NCBI GenBank assembly: GCA_963793865.1
Contig: CAWCBP010000014.1
Span: forward strand, 96,001 to 160,000
DNA length: 64,000 nt
Direction: 5' to 3'
Source of the DNA: an uncultured delta proteobacterium
GTDB lineage: Bacteria; Desulfobacterota; WTBG01
Part shown: positions 42,839 through 52,314 of the stretch, one piece after another
Layout: every line of letters starts with the position of its first letter
How positions within the stretch are numbered: the stretch's first letter is position 1
Program-made: the position numbers and the translations under genes
The notes under the pieces: generated by a model
Told to the model about the DNA's origin: nothing
The model's input: only the letters and a program-made list of their open reading frames with translations
Database searches by the model: none

Positions 42839-43117
42839 CTAGGGTTTGTTGACCCTTTCCTTGAGTTCTTTCCCCACCTTGAAAAAGGGCCTTCTCTTCG
42901 CGTTTACAGAAATGATTTCACCTGATTTCGGGTTTCTTCCCTTTCTTCCGGCGTAGTGCCGCACTTTAAAACTTCCGAACCCGCGGATTTCTATGCTCTC
43001 GTCTTTTGCCAAAGCTTCCGTCATTGAGCTGAAAATGGTATTCAGAGCCAATTCCGCGACTTCATGAGTTACGCCGACTTTTTCTGACAGATACTTGATA
43101 AGCTCAGACCTGATCAT
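42839..43117 (-). CDS. ihfB: Integration host factor beta / HU family protein
   Basis: IEIRGFGSF, GRNPKSGE, PFFKVGKELKERVN. Confidence 0.8.
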   Translation of the reverse strand: MIRSELIKYLSEKVGVTHEVAELALNTIFSSMTEALAKDESIEIRGFGSFKVRHYAGRKGRNPKSGEIISVNAKRRPFFKVGKELKERVNKP

Positions 43118-43391
43118 TGCACGCCCCTTTCTCTCTACGGCAGGATGGAAAACAAGGCCATCAATCTTGCCTCAGCGCTGCGAAAAAGCATGGCCTGAGG
43201 ATACACCACCGTACTGTTCATCCGGGAAAAGAGATGCTTCCCGAATCCAGCATAACTGCCTGAAGTCATTATTCTTATTCATTATATGTTTCACATGGAA
43301 GTGTCAACACAATTTACAAAAATACTGAGCAGAGACAGATTAAGGGGAGCAGCGGTGGCTCTGCATGGCGGCAAAAAGCTTCATTTAACTA

Positions 43392-43420
43392 TTGAGACTG
43401 AGTCTCATTTATGCTATAGT
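43392..43420 (+). promoter_or_regulatory. feoB promoter overlapped by a Fur-like palindrome
   Basis: TTGAGA (43392-97), 17 bp, TG-C-TATAGT; TGAGAC-TGA-GTCTCA palindrome at 43393-43407. Confidence 0.7.
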
Positions 43421-43522
43421 GATAGATGTGGGAGACGGTTAGGCCGATTATGTATCCCTGGTGTAATGGGGAAAAAGTTCTTCATGGTGGATCTGTAATT
43501 GATGGACAGGCAGGCACGCGCA

Positions 43523-45460
43523 ATGAGTCATACCGCACTTCATAAGGATAAAATAGTTATTGTCGGCAATTCCAACGTGGGGAAAAGCTCATTGTTTAAC
43601 CATCTTGCCAGAGAGTATTCCATCGTTGCCAACTATCCCTACACCACCATAGAAATAGCCCGGGGAACTCTTGCGATAGGGGGCAGACAGTTTGAGCTTA
43701 TCGATACCCCGGGTATTTATTCCCTGGAAATACAGTCGGCAGATGAGATTGTGACGAGGGATATACTGATTAAAGAGCACCCCGAGTGCGTCATTCAATG
43801 CATCGACGCGGCCAATTTAAAAACGTCGCTCCTGCTCACCTCCCAGCTGCTGGAGCTGGCCGCACCGCTGATCATTTGTCTTAATAATGTAGATGGTGCC
43901 GGAAAGAAGGGCATAGAAATTGACAGCAGCGAGCTGAGCCGCTGCCTGGGTGTGCCGGTCATTGAAACTGTTGCCAGCGAAGGCAAGGGACTGCCGGATT
44001 TGCGAAGAGCCATTCTTGACACCAGGCACCCTTCCAATGGATTTAAGCATACGGAATTCATACAAGCCCGTCTGGAAAAGATAGCCCGCCACTTTCCTGA
44101 CCACAACCGGCCCCCGTTTGCGCTGGTGCTGCTTCTGCTGCTGGGAGATGCATTGATCGAAGAATGGGTGCATAAGTATTATGGAGACGCAATTTGCCGG
44201 AATGCAACAAACGAGGCCCGCGACATAAGGGCGAGTGTTACAACCCCGCTCGGGAGGATTGTGTTTAACCGGCGCAATGAATGGGCAGACGGCATTGTGC
44301 GCCTGGTTTCAGGGACAACTGCCCTGACCGCCAGTCGATTATTGGAACGTTTCGGAGCGTTAGCCCGCCACCCCGTTTACGGATGGTTAATTTTATCCGG
44401 GATTGTGTATGTAACCTACCTTCTGGTCGGGAAGCTGGGGGCGATCGTGCTGGTTCCCGCTATCAACGAGCACTTTTTTAATCCCCTTACTTCATTCATT
44501 GGCAGCCTCGTTCCCTTTGCCTTCTGGCGTGATTTTCTGGTGGGAGATTATGGAATTCTGACGCTGGGCTTCGCGAATGCCGTCGGCACGGTAATCCCCC
44601 TTCTTGCCCTGTTTTTTTTCGTGCTCAACACCCTGGAGGATATTGGTTATCTGCCCAATTTATGCATTCTCAGCAACCGTTTTTTTCAGCAGATTGGATT
44701 GAGCGGGAAATCGGTGCTGCCTATTATTTTAGGGTTCGGCTGCAAGACCGCGGCAACGCTCACCACACGGATACTGGACTCAAAAAAGGAGCGTTACATT
44801 GCCATATTTCTTATTGCCTTTGCCATCCCCTGTTCAGCCCAGCTCGGCATCAACATTGCCGTGCTGGCATTTTTCCCCATCAGTGCCTTTATTTTTGTTT
44901 TCGGGGTGCTTGCCGTGGTTGAGATTATTGCCGGGGTCATTTTAAACAAGGGCATACAGGAAGAGACCCGCACCGATTTCATATTGGAAATACCGGTTAT
45001 CCGCGTACCCACGGTTAAGCATCTGCTGCTTAAAACATACCATCGTCTTAAATGGTTTGCCGTTGAAACGGTACCCCTGTTTGTTCTGGGGGCCTTGGTC
45101 CTCTTTGTGATGGAGCGGTTGCTCATTCTGGATCTTCTGAAAGCGTTCCTGTCACCGGTTGTTGTCTCATTCCTGGGGCTGCCCCTCAAGTGCGTAGAGG
45201 TCTTTTTGCTCTGCATCGCGCGAAGAGAGGCAGGCGCGGTCATCCTGCTGCAACTGCTTAAAGCAGGGCAGATCGACTATGTGCAGGCATGCGTGGGCAC
45301 TATAACCATCTCGCTTTTCATGCCCTGCTTTGCCAACGTTATGGCAATGATAAAAGAGCTTGGATGGAAGGCAGCGCTCCTGATGGTGCTGGTGATTACC
45401 GGCTCCTCCATTCTTATAGGCGGATTGATAAATCACCTGATGCGCATTTTCCTGCGATGA
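43523..45460 (+). CDS. feoB: Ferrous iron transporter FeoB
   Basis: GNSNVGKS, NYPYTT, DTPGIYSL GTPase; gate motifs LEDIGYL, GFGC, IPCSAQ, PCFA. Confidence 0.93.
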   Translation: MSHTALHKDKIVIVGNSNVGKSSLFNHLAREYSIVANYPYTTIEIARGTLAIGGRQFELIDTPGIYSLEIQSADEIVTRDILIKEHPECVIQCIDAANLKTSLLLTSQLLELAAPLIICLNNVDGAGKKGIEIDSSELSRCLGVPVIETVASEGKGLPDLRRAILDTRHPSNGFKHTEFIQARLEKIARHFPDHNRPPFALVLLLLLGDALIEEWVHKYYGDAICRNATNEARDIRASVTTPLGRIVFNRRNEWADGIVRLVSGTTALTASRLLERFGALARHPVYGWLILSGIVYVTYLLVGKLGAIVLVPAINEHFFNPLTSFIGSLVPFAFWRDFLVGDYGILTLGFANAVGTVIPLLALFFFVLNTLEDIGYLPNLCILSNRFFQQIGLSGKSVLPIILGFGCKTAATLTTRILDSKKERYIAIFLIAFAIPCSAQLGINIAVLAFFPISAFIFVFGVLAVVEIIAGVILNKGIQEETRTDFILEIPVIRVPTVKHLLLKTYHRLKWFAVETVPLFVLGALVLFVMERLLILDLLKAFLSPVVVSFLGLPLKCVEVFLLCIARREAGAVILLQLLKAGQIDYVQACVGTITISLFMPCFANVMAMIKELGWKAALLMVLVITGSSILIGGLINHLMRIFLR

Positions 45461-45484
45461 ACATCCTTTGTCTCCGGTACCGCC

Positions 45485-45937
45485 ATGAAGGTGAAAACAG
45501 ATAAGCTTGAAAAGCTGCTGCGCGGCTATTGCAAGCAAAAGAGCTTAAAATACACCCCCGGGAGAAAAACCATCCTTGAAGCGGTTTGCTCCATGAACAG
45601 TCATTTTGAGGCGGATGATTTGTATCTCAAGCTGCGCGAAACAGGCGGCCGCAGGATATCACGGGCAACGGTTTACCGGACGCTCCCCCTGCTGGAAGAA
45701 AGCGGACTGATCAGGAGGGTAATTTTTATTGACAAACACACCCACTATGAACAGGTGTATGATCACCTGCACCACGAACATCTTATCTGCCTTAAATGCG
45801 GCAGGATAATAGAATTTTACAAGCGGGCCCTGGAAGATTCGCTTGAAGATATTGCCCGGGAGCACAGGTTCAAATCTGTTGCCCACAAGCTGGAGGTTAC
45901 CGGTTACTGCGATACCTGCAGCAGGGATGAACGTTAA
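45485..45937 (+). CDS. fur: Fur family transcriptional regulator
   Basis: ISRATVYRTL, HHEHLICLKCG, GYCDTC. Confidence 0.9.
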   Translation: MKVKTDKLEKLLRGYCKQKSLKYTPGRKTILEAVCSMNSHFEADDLYLKLRETGGRRISRATVYRTLPLLEESGLIRRVIFIDKHTHYEQVYDHLHHEHLICLKCGRIIEFYKRALEDSLEDIAREHRFKSVAHKLEVTGYCDTCSRDER

Positions 45938-45955
45938 CCCAAGGAGCGGCGCGCC

Positions 45956-46675
45956 ATGGAAAAAAAGGAGAGAGACGAACACCTGGAAACCATATGGCAC
46001 CTTATTGAGAACAATGAATCAGACGTAAACAGTTTCAGGAGTCACAGCAGCGAGACCTTTGATGAGGGGATTCTGGAGCATCTGCGGGCGGACGGGTATA
46101 TAACCCTGCGGGGGGATGAAATTTCGCTGACGGAAAAGGGCAAAGGTGAAGCGCAACAGATCATACGCAGGCACCGGCTGGCCGAAAGGTTATTGACCGA
46201 CGTGCTGGGCATGGCTCTGGGCGACATTGAGCCGGGGGCCTGTGAATTTGAGCATGTTCTCGCGCCGGAGCTGGTTGACAGCATTTGCACCCTGCTCGGA
46301 CACCCCCGCGAATGTCCCCACGGGGGGCCAATTCCGGAAGGCGAATGCTGCAGGCAGGCCGTCAAAACGGTGGCAAGCGTTGTCCGCCCGCTGACCGACG
46401 TGCACATTGGCGAAGAGGTCAAAGTCGTTTATGTCAACACCAGATCAAACAGCAGGATGCACAAGCTGACGCACTTCGGGATTATGCCCGGGGCACGGGT
46501 ATCCGTTCACCAGCGCTATCCGTCATTTGTGATTGTGTGCGGCAGCAACCAGATTGCGCTTGAGGAGGAAATTGCCCGGGAGATTTATGTATGGCAAAAG
46601 GAACGAGTCACTCCTCATGCGGAAGTTCTTCATGAGGATCGCAAACGCTGGCGATTCAGGAAGGGCAAAGGGTAG
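45956..46675 (+). CDS. DtxR/MntR-family metal-dependent regulator with C-terminal FeoA domain
   Basis: IRRHRLAERLLTDVLG, ACEFEH, CPHGGPIP; FeoA-like KLTHFGIMPGARV. Confidence 0.88.
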   Translation: MEKKERDEHLETIWHLIENNESDVNSFRSHSSETFDEGILEHLRADGYITLRGDEISLTEKGKGEAQQIIRRHRLAERLLTDVLGMALGDIEPGACEFEHVLAPELVDSICTLLGHPRECPHGGPIPEGECCRQAVKTVASVVRPLTDVHIGEEVKVVYVNTRSNSRMHKLTHFGIMPGARVSVHQRYPSFVIVCGSNQIALEEEIAREIYVWQKERVTPHAEVLHEDRKRWRFRKGKG

Positions 46676-46720
46676 CCCGCGCGGTGTGAGCAGCTTCGGC
46701 CCGAAGCTGTTTGCCTAGAA

Positions 46721-47170
46721 TCAGGTGGGAATGGCGCTGGAATTAACAATTAAAGTTTTGTAGGTGAGCTGATCAAGCTCCATTCGATTCTTAAGTAATG
46801 TTCCCCTGGCGGTTACATAACCGCCTTCATTTTTTGCCCACCGGGCGAGGTAAACCGCATCGGCGGGAACATATTTTAGAAAACTGTCCTCATAGGCGCG
46901 CAGTTGTTTGCCTTCTTTTTCCAGGATCAGGTACCAGGAGGTTGAATCCCGCTCTTCAAAATGGGAAACAAGCGCGCTGATTTCTATTGTCCTCCCTTCA
47001 AAGGCCTCATAGTTATCCAGGACCTGTGCAAGATCTGCGGCAATAACGATATGGTTGTTTTGATACTGTGCCGGATTCCGGAGATAGGTTTCAGAATCAA
47101 TCCGGATTGCGTGCGCGCAGCCCGCAATTAAAAATGTAAAAATTAATAGTACGGTACACTGTCTTTGCAT
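46721..47170 (-). CDS. Hypothetical lipoprotein
   Basis: AAGGAG SD, signal peptide with LIAGC lipobox. Confidence 0.7.
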   Translation of the reverse strand: MQRQCTVLLIFTFLIAGCAHAIRIDSETYLRNPAQYQNNHIVIAADLAQVLDNYEAFEGRTIEISALVSHFEERDSTSWYLILEKEGKQLRAYEDSFLKYVPADAVYLARWAKNEGGYVTARGTLLKNRMELDQLTYKTLIVNSSAIPT

Positions 47171-47363
47171 GGTGTTACACTCCTTTTTGGTAAATAAGAA
47201 CATATTTCAGTCCGGGAATCAAATCCCGATGGATTTTTTTAGGGCGCGCATAGGGGAGGGTACGGATTTAATTGCCTCATGACAGCAAGCAGGGCTTAAT
47301 TCATTAATATTTAAAGTTTTTATTGCAAAATGCCGAGCAAGTAATAAATTGGTAAAAAAATTG

Positions 47364-47392
47364 TTGACATCATAAATAAATTATCTTATCAT
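47364..47392 (+). promoter_or_regulatory. Putative sigma70 promoter
   Basis: TTGACA (47364-69), 17 bp, TATCAT (47387-92). Confidence 0.65.
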
Positions 47393-47542
47393 TATCTGTT
47401 AAAAAGTTGGCATTTGGTTGTACGTATACCGGTTTGCCTGCTGAACGAGGAGTACAATGCAAACCGGTTTTTTTGTATGTCAGGTAAGGTTGCCTGCGCA
47501 CGGTATAATGTTTAACCAGGATTCAAGAAAGGAGCATGTAGC

Positions 47543-47830
47543 ATGATTTGCCAAACAGTAAAAGCCGGAACCGATTGTTTCTTTATGACCAAGAAAGGAT
47601 GCAATTTTAATGGCGGCACCTGCTATGCCATCGTCACCAATTGCGAGGGCTGCGGCCGGGTAAAGGAATATCCGGCGGGAAAGTACTGTGCATCGTATCC
47701 CCAGCCTGAGATGAAGTGGAAATCCGGCAAGTGCAATTTAGCGACCCACATTGAACTTGTAGCTGCGAAGGAAGAGAAAAAAGTCAACGCCTTGAAGGCG
47801 TCAAAGAGAAAAGCAACGGGCAGAATGTAA
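47543..47830 (+). CDS. PxxKW-family cysteine-rich protein
   Basis: C..VK.G.DC.FM...GC...CEGC...YC..YPQPEMKW...CNLATH...KVNALKASKR. Confidence 0.85.
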   Translation: MICQTVKAGTDCFFMTKKGCNFNGGTCYAIVTNCEGCGRVKEYPAGKYCASYPQPEMKWKSGKCNLATHIELVAAKEEKKVNALKASKRKATGRM

Positions 47831-47906
47831 GCATGGCTTGACGGATGTTTTATTGCATCTGCAGCCATAACGCTTTAAAACCCGTTGTATTGAAACTGAT
47901 TGGGAA

Positions 47907-47947
47907 AAGGGGAATAGCGTCCTGATACAAGGATCGCCATTCCCCTT
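47907..47947. terminator. Hairpin downstream of the PxxKW gene
   Basis: AAGGGGAAT...ATTCCCCTT stem with inner GCG/CGC and TCC/GGA pairing. Confidence 0.5.
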
Positions 47948-48128
47948 ATGCTTCATTGTAACTTCCGCTTTACAACGTGCATAGAAATTGTTAACCTGCT
48001 TGAGTCGAAGCCGGAACGGTCTTCCTCAGATTTCAATCCTTCCCGCCCCGGTTTAAAATCACACGTCTTTTTTAAGCGCGGTGGATTTCCCGTATCGGAC
48101 ATCCTGGTTTGTTCAGCGGTCATACAAC

Positions 48129-49592
48129 ATGGGTTGCATACAATATTACAGCACCAATAATAAGTCGGAGCTTGTTTCCTTTGAGGCGGCGTTGATGCGG
48201 GGTCTGGGCTCGAACTATGGTCTGTATATGATCGGGCGCGCGGACATTCCGAAGCTGGAAGCCTCGTCAATAAAGGCCATGCGCGATTTCAGCTATGCCC
48301 GGATTGCGTTTGCCGTTCTCAATCCATTTCTGAAGGATGAAATTGATCCGCGGGACCTGGAACAGATACTTGATGATGCCTATGACGACAGGGTTATCCC
48401 GACAACCATCCAGCATGTTTCAGGCGAAACATCCATCATGTGGCTGTCCAAGGGGCCAACCTACTCGTTTAAGGATTACGCGGCCCGCTTTTTTGCCAGG
48501 ATACTTAATTATTTTCTTAAGCGGTCAGGGTGCCGGAGAGTGGTTGCGGTAGCCACCAGCGGCGATACCGGCGGCGCGGTTGCTGATGCCCTCCACCGGC
48601 AGGAGAGTGTGGATAATCTGGTGTTCTTCCCCCGGGGCTCCATTACCGAGCGGCAGCGAAGGCAGATGACCACCCTTCAGGACAACATCTATGCCTTCGA
48701 AGTGAACGGGGATTTTGATGTATGCCAGGCGCTGGCGAAACAACTGCTCGGGGACAAGGCATTTGCTTTTGAGGTATTCAGCGATGCCGACCGGTTTACG
48801 TCGGCCAATTCAATCAGCCTGGGCAGGCTGCTGCCCCAGGCCGTCTATCCCTTTTTTGCCTATTCGCGCGCGGTGAGCTTCGGTGATCCGCTGATTGCCA
48901 GTGTGCCCTCGGGAAATTTCGGGGACATGATGGGGACGGTCATTGCCAGGGAAATGGGGCTCCCCGTGGGGAAAATAGTATGCGGCGTCAATGAAAACAG
49001 GGAGTTTCCCCGCTTTCTGGAAACGGGAGAATATGTGGTGAGGCCGTCGGTAAAATCCCCCTCCTCAGCTATGATCGTTTCCAATCCAAGCAATTTTGCC
49101 AGGCTGCTTGATCTGTACGGCGGCCATGTGTATGACAGGCGCGATGCGAGGGGGAAGATTGTTCAGGAAGGGGTGATAGACATTCAGCCTGACCTGAGCG
49201 CCATGCGGAGCGATCTTTACTCAATGAGCGTGAGCAATCCCGATCACTATCAGGCAATGAAAGAGGTGTACGACCGCTTCGGCATCATCATGGAGCCGCA
49301 CGGCGCCGTGGGCTGGAGGGCACTGGATAGGTTTCTGGAAGGGAAGCATGACCGGCCCGCGGTCGTGTATGAGACCGCCGACCCGGGCAAATTCCCTGAT
49401 GACATACAGAAAGCGATCGGCATCGTGCCGGCCACTCCCGAAAATATTGTGAGACAGTCCGCGCTGAAGGAACGAATGTATCGCATTGAGGAACCGCCTG
49501 CCTTCAATAAAGACGGTTCCATGACATTGAGTGACGCGCAATATGAAAGGGCAAAGGAGATGGTGCGGGACATTTTTTCATCGGCGGCATAA
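48129..49592 (+). CDS. thrC: Threonine synthase
   Basis: GPTYSFKDY PLP-lysine motif, ATSGDTG, SANSIS, VPSGNFG, EPHGAV. Confidence 0.9.
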   Translation: MGCIQYYSTNNKSELVSFEAALMRGLGSNYGLYMIGRADIPKLEASSIKAMRDFSYARIAFAVLNPFLKDEIDPRDLEQILDDAYDDRVIPTTIQHVSGETSIMWLSKGPTYSFKDYAARFFARILNYFLKRSGCRRVVAVATSGDTGGAVADALHRQESVDNLVFFPRGSITERQRRQMTTLQDNIYAFEVNGDFDVCQALAKQLLGDKAFAFEVFSDADRFTSANSISLGRLLPQAVYPFFAYSRAVSFGDPLIASVPSGNFGDMMGTVIAREMGLPVGKIVCGVNENREFPRFLETGEYVVRPSVKSPSSAMIVSNPSNFARLLDLYGGHVYDRRDARGKIVQEGVIDIQPDLSAMRSDLYSMSVSNPDHYQAMKEVYDRFGIIMEPHGAVGWRALDRFLEGKHDRPAVVYETADPGKFPDDIQKAIGIVPATPENIVRQSALKERMYRIEEPPAFNKDGSMTLSDAQYERAKEMVRDIFSSAA

Positions 49593-49675
49593 AACGGGTG
49601 CTTGTGAAGCGGCACCGGTCTTAAAACAGTGAGGCACATAACCATTCCTTATTATCAGAGCGAAGGAGTAACTGC

Positions 49676-50284
49676 ATGAGCGAACCAAAAAGCAAGAACA
49701 TAACCTGGCATCATGGATTGGTGGACCGGAAGGAGCGTGAGAAGGTAAACAGGAACAAGGGGGTGATACTGTGGTATACGGGTCTTTCCGGCTCGGGGAA
49801 ATCCACCATTGCCAACGCCGTGGAAAAAAGGGTTTTTGACGCGGGGTATCACACCTATGTTCTGGACGGCGATAACATCCGTTTCGGCTTAAACAGTAAT
49901 GTGGGTTTTTCACCGGAAGACCGGACCGAGAATATCAGGCGCATCGGCGAGGTGGCCAAGCTCTTTGTCGACGCAGGGATAATGGTCTCCACCGCATTCA
50001 TCTCCCCCTATAAAAAGGACCGCGACCGGGTGAGAAGCATCGTGGAAGACGGTGACATGGTTGAGATTTATGTAAAGTGCGCCATTGAGATCTGCGAGCA
50101 GCGGGACGCCAAGGGGCTCTACCAAAAGGCGCGTGCCGGGCAGATAGCGGAGTTCACGGGAATTTCAGCACCCTACGAAGAGCCGGACAATCCGGAAATA
50201 ATCATAGATTCGGGAAAGCTTTCTGTGAATGAGTGCTGCGATGCGGTAATCGAGTATCTCAAGAAAAATAAGTATATCCTGTAA
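49676..50284 (+). CDS. cysC: Adenylyl-sulfate kinase
   Basis: TGLSGSGKST, LDGDNIR, ENIRRIGEVAKLF, FTGISAPYE. Confidence 0.96.
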   Translation: MSEPKSKNITWHHGLVDRKEREKVNRNKGVILWYTGLSGSGKSTIANAVEKRVFDAGYHTYVLDGDNIRFGLNSNVGFSPEDRTENIRRIGEVAKLFVDAGIMVSTAFISPYKKDRDRVRSIVEDGDMVEIYVKCAIEICEQRDAKGLYQKARAGQIAEFTGISAPYEEPDNPEIIIDSGKLSVNECCDAVIEYLKKNKYIL

Positions 50285-50499
50285 TTCAGCTTGAATGTAG
50301 GAGTGCCGCGTTTTTGCCTGATCCAATGCCGGGGGGAATGTTCCTCTCGGACAAGTGCGAGGAGTACCGGCAGCGGGCGTTCCCACATGCAACAAAGCAC
50401 CTCATGGCCTGCGCCCTGGCTTGATCATAACCTGGAGAATACAGAAGAAGAGAAGTACTGCATTACTGCCAACCACTATATTTTGTAGTATCTTCCTCC

Positions 50500-50528
50500 T
50501 TGACACCCAATATCCATTCTCCTATACT
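50500..50528 (+). promoter_or_regulatory. Putative sigma70 promoter of top6BA
   Basis: TTGACA (50500-05), 17 bp, TATACT (50523-28). Confidence 0.65.
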
Positions 50529-50648
50529 GAAGGCAATGACGCACCGCATTGTTTTTACTGCACAGGTGGTGCGTTCATGAAGCATGATCTTTTCACGAGT
50601 GGGTGACGAAGGTTCGCGCCTTAACCAATAACGGAAAGAAGGTAGGTA

Positions 50649-52262
50649 ATGAGACAATCGAGCGCGGCGGAAGTGGAAGAACAGGAAACGGGCCGCGCGC
50701 TGAACAAGAAGAGGCTTGAAACCGCTGAGAGCATGGCGGCCCGCCAGCGGGACATCTCGGTGTCGGAATTTTTCGCCAAGAACCGCCACCTGCTGGGTTT
50801 TGATAATCCGCGCAAAGCGCTTCTCACGGCCATTAAAGAGGCGGTGGATAATTCACTGGATGCCTGCGAGGAAGCGGGCATATTGCCCGATATCCTTGTC
50901 AGCATCGAAGACCTCGGAAATGACCGTTTCCGCATCGCGGTGGAGGACAACGGCCCGGGTATTGTCAAGCGCCAGATTCCCAACATTTTCGGGAAGCTGC
51001 TCTATGGTTCGAAATTCCACTGCCTGAAGATGAGCCGGGGGCAGCAGGGGATCGGGATCAGCGCGGCCGGCATGTACGGGATGCTTACCACCGGCAAGCC
51101 GGTTGAAATCATCAGCCGCACCGATCCGTCAAAGCCCGCGCACCATTTTCTTCTGCAGATTGACACCAAGAAGAACAAGCCTGAAATCATCAGCGATAAA
51201 GAGGTGGAGTGGGAGCTTACGCACGGCACGCGCGTGGCCATCGAGCTGGAAGGCAAGCACACGCGGGGCAGGCAGTCGGTAGACGAGTATGTGCGCCAGA
51301 CCGTCATCGCCAATCCCCACCTCCGGGTTCGGTACCAGGAACCCTCGGGCGAGCTGATTACTTATGAGCGGTCCAGCGATCAGCGTCCCGGACACACCAG
51401 CGAGATTAAACCCCATCCCCATGGCGTTGAGATGGGCGTGCTCCAGACCATGCTTAAGGATACCAGGGCGCGCAACCTGGGAGGTTTTTTGCAGATGGAA
51501 TTTTCCAGGGTTTCGCAGCGGGTGGCGGAGGAAATTTGCGCCAATGCCGCTATTGCACCCTCGCTTTCACCCTCGCGCATGGGGCATCAGGAAGTGGAGA
51601 AACTGATGCAGGGGATTGCCAAAACCAAAATCATGAATCCGCCCACCAACTGTGTAGCCCCCATCGGCGAAGAGCAGTTGCAAAAGGGCCTGGAGTCGAC
51701 CATCCCGGCTGCTTTTTACACCTGTACCACCAGACCTCCGGCGGTGTACCGGGGAAATCCCTTCATCATTGAGGCGGCCCTTGCCTACGGCGGTGACGGC
51801 CAGGAAGCCGACGAGCCGGCCCGGGTGCTCAGGTTTGCCAACCGGGTGCCGTTGCTGTACCAGCAGGGCGGGTGCTGCGCCTACCAGTCGGTGCTGCAGA
51901 CAAACTGGCGACAGTATGGCTTGAACCAGCCTCGCGGTGCGCTTCCCGTGGGACCCCTCACTATTATCGTGCACATGGCCTCGGTCTGGGTCCCTTTCAC
52001 CAGCGAATCCAAGGAAGCCATTGCCGGATACCCGGAGATTGAGGAGCAGATTGTGCTCGCCCTGCAGGAATGCGGCCGCAGGTTAAAGCTGTTCCTTTCC
52101 AAGCGCAGGCGGGAAGCTGAAGCGCAGCGCAAGCTTGACTATCTTGAGATGTATCTTCCCCATATCGGAATCGGCCTGCGCGAACTGCTCAATTTGCCGG
52201 AGAAGGAAGAGAAGCAGCTGACGGATACGCTCAAGGAGCTGCTGGAGCGGCACCGGGGCTGA
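50649..52262 (+). CDS. top6B: DNA topoisomerase VI subunit B
   Basis: [71 protein letters not shown]. Confidence 0.95.
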   Translation: MRQSSAAEVEEQETGRALNKKRLETAESMAARQRDISVSEFFAKNRHLLGFDNPRKALLTAIKEAVDNSLDACEEAGILPDILVSIEDLGNDRFRIAVEDNGPGIVKRQIPNIFGKLLYGSKFHCLKMSRGQQGIGISAAGMYGMLTTGKPVEIISRTDPSKPAHHFLLQIDTKKNKPEIISDKEVEWELTHGTRVAIELEGKHTRGRQSVDEYVRQTVIANPHLRVRYQEPSGELITYERSSDQRPGHTSEIKPHPHGVEMGVLQTMLKDTRARNLGGFLQMEFSRVSQRVAEEICANAAIAPSLSPSRMGHQEVEKLMQGIAKTKIMNPPTNCVAPIGEEQLQKGLESTIPAAFYTCTTRPPAVYRGNPFIIEAALAYGGDGQEADEPARVLRFANRVPLLYQQGGCCAYQSVLQTNWRQYGLNQPRGALPVGPLTIIVHMASVWVPFTSESKEAIAGYPEIEEQIVLALQECGRRLKLFLSKRRREAEAQRKLDYLEMYLPHIGIGLRELLNLPEKEEKQLTDTLKELLERHRG

Positions 52263-52314
52263 ACTGCCCGGGCAATATACTTATTCAGAGGAAAGCAATC
52301 AGGCAATTCCGGGG

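Noticed and set aside
47407..47422. Sigma54 promoter TTGGCATTTGGTTGTA
   Set aside because: No GC at the required GG-N10-GC position; a better sigma70 promoter lies upstream.
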